This document shows, piece by piece, positions 57,494 through 64,000 of a DNA stretch of 64,000 nt. Each line of letters starts with the position of its first letter. Position 1 is the stretch's first letter. Source of the DNA: an uncultured Candidatus Saccharibacteria bacterium (GTDB lineage Bacteria > Patescibacteriota > Minisyncoccia > Phycocordibacterales > DATDWN01); contig CAZNUU010000003.1 of the NCBI GenBank assembly GCA_964576615.1, positions 6,523-70,522 on the forward strand, given 5' to 3'. The notes beneath the pieces are model-generated. The model worked only from the letters and a program-made list of their open reading frames with translations. It did no database searches and was not told the origin of the DNA. The translations under genes were made by a program, and so were the position numbers.

Positions 57494-59248
57494 TTAATCA
57501 GATATAGCTCTTAGAACCTCTTCAATCGTTGTAATCCCCTGCACTGCTTGGAAAATTCCATCTTCTATCATGGTAAGCATCCCTTCCTCTTCCGCTATTT
57601 TTTGAATCTCATCAGTAGTACCAGATTTCAAAATTACATCTTTGATTGCAGGTGTGACTTTAAGAATTTCGTGAATACCCGATCTGCCAGCATATGATTC
57701 TTCGGGCTTAGCATCTTTTTTTGTTCTATAAAAAGGAACCTCCTCCCAGTTATCCCCCTTTGGCACAACCTTTTCCTCCTTTAAAACCTTGAGTACTTTC
57801 TCTAAATTTATTGATTTTCCCAAAGTTTCTATCTCCGGCTTTGAAAGGAAATATTTTTCTTTTTGCTCGGTTAATTTTCTGACCAATCTCTGACCAATAA
57901 TCACATTTACAGTTGAAACAATTAAAAATGGCTCAACTTTCATATCGATAAGTCTAGGAATTGCGCCGGCAGCTGAGTTAGTGTGGAGAGTCGATAATAC
58001 AACGTGGCCCGTGAGCGATGCGTTCACAGCGAGAGATGCGGTTTCGTTATCCCTAATTTCACCAACCATAATAATATCCGGATCTTGACGCACTAAAGTT
58101 CGTAAACCATTTGCAAATGTAAATCCAATTTCCGGCCTAACTTGAGTCTGATTTACCCTTTTCATTTGATACTCGATCGGATCCTCGATTGTTGAAATAT
58201 TTACATCCGGAGTGTTTAAGATATCTAGAATAGTGTACAGGGTTGTGGTTTTTCCAGAGCCAGTTGGACCAGTGGCTAAAATCATTCCGGTTGTGGACTT
58301 CAGAGCCCTATGAATTTTCTCTAATCCATCCCCGTGAAAAGAAAGACCTTCTAAAGTAAAGCCAGAAACATTATCCCGGAGTAGTCGCATAACGATTTTC
58401 TCTCCGAAATGAGTCGGCAGGGTTGAAACACGAAAAGAAACCTTCTCTCCATCCGAGTCAATTTTGAACCTTCCGTCTTGAGGCAACCTCTTTTCGTCCA
58501 GTTTAAGTGAAGTTAAAACTTTTATACGCGCCGCAACTGATGGCGCCATGTTTTTTGGTAAAACCATAGCGTCATGAAGTATGCCGTCTATTCTGTAGCG
58601 AACTAGAAGCTGCGTCTCCTGTGGCTCTATATGAATGTCAGAAGCATTTTGGAGTATTGCATGCTTCAAAAGTGTATCGACAATGCGAACAAGAGGAACT
58701 TCATCCGCCATTTTTTTCAAATCTTTCTCATCCAGTTCTGCACCTCCTTCTTCAGTCGGCAAATTCTTGATTGAACCAATATCTTCTTGGATGAGGTCGC
58801 CAAACTCTGCTTTAAGAGATTTTTGATATTGCAAAATAGCACTCTTCATTGAGTCAGCGTCAGTTAAACGAGGTAAAATCTTTAGACCTGTTTTCTTTTT
58901 TATGAAATCAATCGCAGTGAGATCTTCCGTATCCAGCATGGCAACTTCCAGAGCCGAGTCAGTTTTTTTGAAAGCTACAACGTTGTGATTACGAGCGATC
59001 GGTTCTGGAATTAAAGATAAAACATCAAAAGGCAACTTCTCACCTTTTAGATCGACAAAAGGAATACCGAGAATGTATGCTTGCATTCTGCGCAAGTCAT
59101 CCTCGGTCATCTTGCCCTTATTTACTAAAACTTTGCCTAGATTTATACCTTTTTCCTTGGATTCTTTTTCAGCCGAATTTATATCGGTTCGGGAAACCAG
59201 ACCCGAATCTAGTATGAAATCTTTCAATTGTGACTCTTCAATATGCAT
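57494..59248 (-). CDS. pilB: Type IV pilus assembly ATPase PilB/GspE
   Basis: GPTGSGKTTTLY Walker A, GspE signature. Confidence 0.9.
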   Translation of the reverse strand: MHIEESQLKDFILDSGLVSRTDINSAEKESKEKGINLGKVLVNKGKMTEDDLRRMQAYILGIPFVDLKGEKLPFDVLSLIPEPIARNHNVVAFKKTDSALEVAMLDTEDLTAIDFIKKKTGLKILPRLTDADSMKSAILQYQKSLKAEFGDLIQEDIGSIKNLPTEEGGAELDEKDLKKMADEVPLVRIVDTLLKHAILQNASDIHIEPQETQLLVRYRIDGILHDAMVLPKNMAPSVAARIKVLTSLKLDEKRLPQDGRFKIDSDGEKVSFRVSTLPTHFGEKIVMRLLRDNVSGFTLEGLSFHGDGLEKIHRALKSTTGMILATGPTGSGKTTTLYTILDILNTPDVNISTIEDPIEYQMKRVNQTQVRPEIGFTFANGLRTLVRQDPDIIMVGEIRDNETASLAVNASLTGHVVLSTLHTNSAAGAIPRLIDMKVEPFLIVSTVNVIIGQRLVRKLTEQKEKYFLSKPEIETLGKSINLEKVLKVLKEEKVVPKGDNWEEVPFYRTKKDAKPEESYAGRSGIHEILKVTPAIKDVILKSGTTDEIQKIAEEEGMLTMIEDGIFQAVQGITTIEEVLRAISD

Positions 59249-59321
59249 GAGAAAATTGCTCCCTTAATTATAGCAAAATGAGGCCAATTTAGTACAAAAT
59301 TTGTGTATAAATAAAGGTGAT

Positions 59322-59393
59322 TTGACAAAAATCCTCAGTTCGTGTAGTATTGCGATATTGAAGTTCGGCGCGAGCCGAAACTTTTTTTAAAAA
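59322..59393 (+). promoter_or_regulatory. nusA leader: promoter TTGACA-N17-TAGTAT (59322-59350) followed by hairpin GTTCGGC-gcga-GCCGAAC and T7 run (59363-59390)
   Basis: Read from sequence; terminator-like structure inside 5' leader. Confidence 0.4.
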
Positions 59394-59406
59394 TAACAAA
59401 ACACAT

Positions 59407-60567
59407 ATGGTAGATCTAAAAGTAATTGGCTCAGTTTTAACCCAGCTCGAAGAAGAGCGTGGCATACCTCGAGAAAAAATTATCGAGGCTATTGAGCTTG
59501 CTCTAGCTACTGCATACAGAAAAGAATACGGCAAGAAAGGCCAAATAATTGAAGCAAAATTTGATATTAATACGGGCAAAACTGAAATGTTTCAGGTTAA
59601 AATTGTCGTGGATGACAGTACAGTTGTGATGGAACCAGAAGATCTACCGGAAGAAACACCTGAGGGAGAGACACCGAAGGAAGTCTATAACCCTGAAAAA
59701 CATATTCTAATTGCAGACGCAAAAAGAATCAAAAGGGGTGTAGAGCTAGGAGAAAAAATGGTTTTCCCTCTCGAAAATCAAGAGGACTACAGTCGTATTG
59801 CTGCTCAAACAGCCAAGCAAGTTATAATGCAAAAAATTCGAGAAGCTGAAAAGGTTTCTGTTTTAGGTGAATTCGGTAAACGAGAAGGTGAAATTGTCAC
59901 CGGAACAGTCCAGAGAATAGAGCGTGGCAATATCTTCTTAGACATGGGACGAGCAACCGGACTTCTTCCTTACGAAGAACAAATTCCTGGAGAGAGATTT
60001 TCACAAGGCGAGCGCGTTCGTGCATACCTGTATCGCGTAGAAGAATCCGGCAAAGGTGTTTTCCTAAGACTTAGTAGATCACATCCAAAATTCCTAGAGA
60101 AACTTTTTGAAAGTGAAGCACCAGAAATTGCTAATGGTACAGTCATAGTTAAGTCAATTGCTCGAGAAGCAGGTTCCAGAACAAAAATTGCAGTAGCGAC
60201 AAAGGACCTTCATATTGATCCAGTTGGTTCTATGGTGGGTCAACGTGGTGTGCGTGTCTCAACTGTTATGTCAGAACTAAGAGGCGAGAAAATAGATATT
60301 ATTGAGTGGTCCGAAGATCCAAAGAAATTTATCGAGGATGCTCTTTCCCCTGCCAAAGCCCTCTCTGTAGATATAAACGAGACAGAAAAACAGGCAACGG
60401 TGGTGGTCTCAGAAGATCAGCAATCCCTAGCTATTGGCAAAGGTGGTCAGAATGTTCGCTTAGCAGCCAAACTCACTGGTTGGAAGATCGATATTCAATC
60501 AACTGGAGGAAAAAAGGAAGAAAAATCTGAAAAAATAGAAGCTCCGGAAGAAATCTCTGCAGAATAA
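59407..60567 (+). CDS. nusA: Transcription termination/antitermination factor NusA
   Basis: NusA N-terminal, S1, KH domains. Confidence 0.92.
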   Translation: MVDLKVIGSVLTQLEEERGIPREKIIEAIELALATAYRKEYGKKGQIIEAKFDINTGKTEMFQVKIVVDDSTVVMEPEDLPEETPEGETPKEVYNPEKHILIADAKRIKRGVELGEKMVFPLENQEDYSRIAAQTAKQVIMQKIREAEKVSVLGEFGKREGEIVTGTVQRIERGNIFLDMGRATGLLPYEEQIPGERFSQGERVRAYLYRVEESGKGVFLRLSRSHPKFLEKLFESEAPEIANGTVIVKSIAREAGSRTKIAVATKDLHIDPVGSMVGQRGVRVSTVMSELRGEKIDIIEWSEDPKKFIEDALSPAKALSVDINETEKQATVVVSEDQQSLAIGKGGQNVRLAAKLTGWKIDIQSTGGKKEEKSEKIEAPEEISAE

Positions 60568-60570
60568 TAA

Positions 60571-61533
60571 CTAAGGAAGTTTGAGGACGGGTAGAATCTG
60601 TTTTTTACGAGATAAGATTCCAGGCAACACCTCTGTATCTCCTTCTACTGAAACACCAAAAGAGGCGGAAACTATGTCTTTGGTTAGTTTGCTGTAAGTA
60701 AAGACTGTTGCTTCTTCTCTTAAGATATCGATAACAAAAAGTAGCACATCATCTACATCTTTTTCTTCTTTGACTGTCTCTTTTATCGCGGAAATTATTC
60801 CCGATTTCCTTTTCAAAATTAACTCCGGAGCAGTTGTCTCTAGAACGGAAACTCGGATATTTTTTCCTCCTACAGGATATTTTTTGCTATCTATATTAAT
60901 TAGCCCCTGGTCAGTGAAATCTGAAACATCAGATTTCGCCTTAAACATTTCATCCGAATATTCAACTATATTTATACCTAAAGATTTTGCCAGCTTCTCA
61001 GCCAGATCCTTGTCGTGGGGAGTCGTAGTTGGCGAGCGAAAAGCCAATGTATCCGACAAAACACATGAAAGCATTAACCCCGCCATCTCTTTTGGAAGTG
61101 GAGTACTCCCAATAAGATCATTGATAATAGTAGCAGTTGATGCGTATGTTTTTAGTGTAACGCTAAGTGGAGATTTGGTAGAAAGACCGCTTAACTTGTG
61201 GTGATCGATTATTTGAAGGATATTCGCTTCGCCAATATTGGGAAAAAGCTCTTGGGGGTTATTTGTATCTACAACAATAACCTCCTCGCCATCTTTTATT
61301 GACTCAAGTAGCTCTGGCACAGGAACATGCCATTGGTTTAAAACAAAGATTGTCTCTTTATTAAGAGGCCCTAAAACATAAGGAGTGGCCTTTTGAGTAC
61401 TGTAATTATTTAAATACCAGGCCCATAAAATAGCACTACAGGTTGTATCCGTATCCGGTGCCAGATGGCCAAAAACCTTTACATTATTATTCGCCATAAG
61501 GAAAATCATACATATTAAGTCTATTGAAATCAA
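60571..61533 (-). CDS. ppaC: DHH-family phosphoesterase, probably Mn-dependent inorganic pyrophosphatase (family II); likely start at MANNN (61497)
   Basis: H-x3-D-x-D, DHH, C-terminal ...SRKKQ. Confidence 0.6.
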   Translation of the reverse strand: MISIDLICMIFLMANNNVKVFGHLAPDTDTTCSAILWAWYLNNYSTQKATPYVLGPLNKETIFVLNQWHVPVPELLESIKDGEEVIVVDTNNPQELFPNIGEANILQIIDHHKLSGLSTKSPLSVTLKTYASTATIINDLIGSTPLPKEMAGLMLSCVLSDTLAFRSPTTTPHDKDLAEKLAKSLGINIVEYSDEMFKAKSDVSDFTDQGLINIDSKKYPVGGKNIRVSVLETTAPELILKRKSGIISAIKETVKEEKDVDDVLLFVIDILREEATVFTYSKLTKDIVSASFGVSVEGDTEVLPGILSRKKQILPVLKLP

Positions 61534-61610
61534 TTATAAGTAAGAGTTCCTTTCGACAAGCGTCTTTTCCATAGGTATAATAGCTTTATTATAAGAATAA
61601 TAACTTTCAA

Positions 61611-62183
61611 ATGTTAAAGAAACTTGTTTTGAGAATTTTGCTTGGAGGTTTAATACTTTCCCCTATCGCAGTTTCAGCAAGTGCCAATGCAATGGCCAGT
61701 AGTACCCTAAAAGCTAGGATGGAAGCCTTGCGAATGGAGATGAAAAATATGATGGCCAGTTCGACTATGACCAGAATGGAAAAAATGGAAGGTCATAAAT
61801 TCCTCAGGATGTCAGCAAGGTACGAAGAAGTAATATTTAGGCTTGAAAATATTTTGGCCAAATTAGTTTCAAGAATAGATAAGGTTAAAGCAAATGGTGG
61901 AGACACAACAGAAGCTGAAAGTCTAGCTCTTGAAGCAAAAGGACACTTAGATATGGCAAAAACAGCTTTTGATAAACTTAAACTAGATGTGAAAACTGAA
62001 ATTTCCCAAGAAAACGCATCAAGTACAAAAGCTACTCTTAGAAAGACCCTGGAACTCATGAGAACTGATGGGAAAAACATAGAGTTACACTTGCGGGAAG
62101 CAAAAGAGACTATGATGAAGATCGTGGGTGTACTTCGCGGGGTTTCTGGTCTACACAATGCTACATCTACCAAGGAGGAATAA
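61611..62183 (+). CDS. Secreted coiled-coil protein, hypothetical
   Basis: Signal peptide, Met/Ala-rich heptads. Confidence 0.45.
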   Translation: MLKKLVLRILLGGLILSPIAVSASANAMASSTLKARMEALRMEMKNMMASSTMTRMEKMEGHKFLRMSARYEEVIFRLENILAKLVSRIDKVKANGGDTTEAESLALEAKGHLDMAKTAFDKLKLDVKTEISQENASSTKATLRKTLELMRTDGKNIELHLREAKETMMKIVGVLRGVSGLHNATSTKEE

Positions 62184-62204
62184 AGAAAGATTAATTAAAA
62201 ACAC

Positions 62205-62471
62205 ATGGATAATACACAAAACAAATCTGGAGTTGGCGGAATTATTGCCACAATTATTATTATCGCCATCATTATTTTGGGTGGACTATATTTCTGGGGC
62301 AAGCGAGTTGAAGAGGCTAAATTAAAACAGGATATGGTCTCTGATAACACTCCTCAAAGCAGTGGGCAAGTCACAAATAACACTTCCTCGGATGACTTAA
62401 ATACAATTGATGCAGACCTGCAAAGCACACAAACAGCAAACCTAGGAACTGAAATGCAGACAAATCCGTAA
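62205..62471 (+). CDS. Small membrane-anchored protein with polar tail
   Basis: Single TM IIATIIIIAIIILGGLYF. Confidence 0.45.
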   Translation: MDNTQNKSGVGGIIATIIIIAIIILGGLYFWGKRVEEAKLKQDMVSDNTPQSSGQVTNNTSSDDLNTIDADLQSTQTANLGTEMQTNP

Positions 62472-62487
62472 GAGTGAAAACCAAAGG

Positions 62488-62553
62488 CAACCTAAAAACC
62501 GCCACGTGAGATGCTGACGCATGTTACTATCTCACGTGGCGGTTTTTAGGTTG
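62488..62553. terminator. Long perfect inverted repeat (25-nt arms CAACCTAAAAACCGCCACGTGAGAT / ATCTCACGTGGCGGTTTTTAGGTTG, 16-nt loop) followed by A/T run
   Basis: Read from sequence. Confidence 0.5.
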
Positions 62554-62586
62554 CAAAAAAGACTTTTGCCATGTATGTTTTAATGC

Positions 62587-63657
62587 ATGTCAAAGAAAAA
62601 CTATCAGGATATCGTCGTTAACTCTCTACCAGAAAGAGAGCTGGAGATTGTTGGAAGTATAACTTCCGAAAGAATGTCAGAACTGCGAGAAAGAGCTATA
62701 AAAAAATTCAAAGATTCTGTTGAAATTCCGGGGTTTCGAAAAGGTATGGCACCAGATAACTTGGTTGTAAGCAAAGTTGGTGAAATGACCCTCCTAGAAG
62801 AGGGGGCAGAGATTGCTCTTAACGAAGAGTACCCAAATATTTTGGCAGAAAACAAGATCGATGCCATCGGCAGACCGGAAATATCAATTACTAAATTAGC
62901 CCCAGGCAATCCACTCGAATTTAAAATCAAGACTTCGCTCCTTCCTGAAGTAAAACTCACCGACTACAAAAAAATCGCCGAAGGAGAGAACAAAAAAGAA
63001 AAAGCTACTCCAGAAGCAACCGAGAAAGAAGTGGATGATGTAATTGAGAATATGAGAAAAAATATTGCCCATCAAAAACTGCATGCAAATCAGAATTTGG
63101 ATGAACATTCACACGATCATGCTGAGATAAAAGACGAAGATTTACCTAAGGTAGATGATGATTTCGCTAAAATGCTCGGTGATTTTAAAAATGTTTCTGA
63201 GCTCAGAGAAAAAATAAGGGAAAATATTGTATTTGAAAAGGAACTGAAAGAAAAAGATAAGTTAAGAACAAGAATCCTGGAAGAAATAATTGAAAAATCG
63301 AAAATTGAACTACCCAAAATACTAATTGAAGGTGAACAAGAAAAAATGCTTGCAGGACTTGAAGACGACTTAGCTCGAAACGGTTTGCAGTTTGATGAAT
63401 ACCTAAAACATATAAAGAAAACTAAAGAAGATCTTAAAGTAGACTGGCGTGAAACAGCAGTGAAGCGAGCAAAATCTCAAGTGGTATTAAATAACATCGC
63501 TAAAGATGAGGGGATATCACCAAAAGAGGAGGAAATTAAAAAAGAAGTTGATGGTATTATTTCTCACCACAAAGATGCAGACCGCTTCCGCGTTCGAATT
63601 TACGTTGAAACATTTCTTACTAACGAGCTCGTTTTTCAGTTTCTAGAGAAGCAATAA
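62587..63657 (+). CDS. tig: Trigger factor (short form)
   Basis: N-terminal ribosome-binding domain with GFRKG. Confidence 0.8.
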   Translation: MSKKNYQDIVVNSLPERELEIVGSITSERMSELRERAIKKFKDSVEIPGFRKGMAPDNLVVSKVGEMTLLEEGAEIALNEEYPNILAENKIDAIGRPEISITKLAPGNPLEFKIKTSLLPEVKLTDYKKIAEGENKKEKATPEATEKEVDDVIENMRKNIAHQKLHANQNLDEHSHDHAEIKDEDLPKVDDDFAKMLGDFKNVSELREKIRENIVFEKELKEKDKLRTRILEEIIEKSKIELPKILIEGEQEKMLAGLEDDLARNGLQFDEYLKHIKKTKEDLKVDWRETAVKRAKSQVVLNNIAKDEGISPKEEEIKKEVDGIISHHKDADRFRVRIYVETFLTNELVFQFLEKQ

Positions 63658-63702
63658 CTCTCTCATTGCATTTTTCAAAAAGAAAAGTGTGAGAAAAAAA
63701 TT

Positions 63703-64000
63703 TTATAACAACAGCAGACTTGAGATTGCAATTGCAGCTGTTTCACTACGCAAAACTTGAGAACCCAGGGAGACACTCTGAATATTATGTTTGGAAAACT
63801 CTTTTATCTCCGCATCACTCCACCCCCCTTCCGGACCAATGAATACCGCTAACCTGTCTATTTGTTCCTTGAAAACATCCGTAACTGATTTACCATTTCT
63901 GTCGAGAAATAAAACTCTATCCGGAAGAAGGTTATCACTATCCAAAAGGTTTTTTAGATCGACAACTGGTCGAACTACTGGAACATCTCCCCTACCCGAT
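63703..64000 (-). CDS. rsmE: 16S rRNA (uracil1498-N3)-methyltransferase RsmE, C-terminal part (5' end beyond window)
   Basis: FIGPEGGWSDAEI motif; frame stays open to window end. Confidence 0.6.
   Translation of the reverse strand, partial: SGRGDVPVVRPVVDLKNLLDSDNLLPDRVLFLDRNGKSVTDVFKEQIDRLAVFIGPEGGWSDAEIKEFSKHNIQSVSLGSQVLRSETAAIAISSLLLL

Noticed and set aside
1-64000. CRISPR arrays, rRNA genes, transposases/integrases
   Set aside because: No regularly spaced direct repeats, no rRNA-like conserved blocks, and no protein with DDE/tyrosine-recombinase/serine-recombinase motifs seen in any frame.

Overview
This is a 64-kb bacterial chromosomal window whose native genes are AT-rich and largely lack Shine-Dalgarno sequences. 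Gene content (T4 pilus/ComEC competence genes, streamlined core set) suggests a Patescibacteria/CPR-like organism, but that is inference. The backbone is highly conserved: recG (partial), tRNA(anticodon UAU), ftsH, smpB plus a tmRNA, infC-rpmI-rplT, ndk, map, adk, and the secY/spc/S10 ribosomal cluster (rplO back to rpsJ). Further along come tuf, fusA, rpsG, rpsL, rpmB, a split ComEC, sodA-like, rnhA, recJ, HIT, pgk, tpiA, a type IV pilus cluster (pilB, pilC, four pilins), nusA, a ppaC-like gene, tig and rsmE (partial). The main anomaly is a dispersed family of about 22 short, conspicuously GC-rich single-gene cassettes. Each has a near-consensus sigma70-type promoter (TTGACx-N16/17-TAnnnT), a canonical AGGAGG/GGAGG RBS 5-7 nt from the start, and a GC-rich hairpin terminator. 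They are inserted at many intergenic sites, including inside the normally contiguous S10/spc and str ribosomal operons: between rpsS/rplB, rplC/rpsJ, rpsN(Z)/rplE, tuf/rpsJ, fusA/tuf and rpsG/fusA. Operon-internal insertions are followed by a fresh TTGACA-N17-TAGTAT restart promoter. A second feature is a low-GC accessory locus interrupting the str operon around fusA. It encodes a VirD4/TraG/FtsK-like P-loop ATPase (924 aa), an 803-aa membrane protein with an internal tandem repeat and Gly run, a 417-aa relative and two paralogous small acidic proteins. There is also a ~165-bp inverted repeat pair 12.4 kb apart (31.4 kb and 43.9 kb), and several GC-rich structured non-coding elements. No rRNA, CRISPR or transposase was found.
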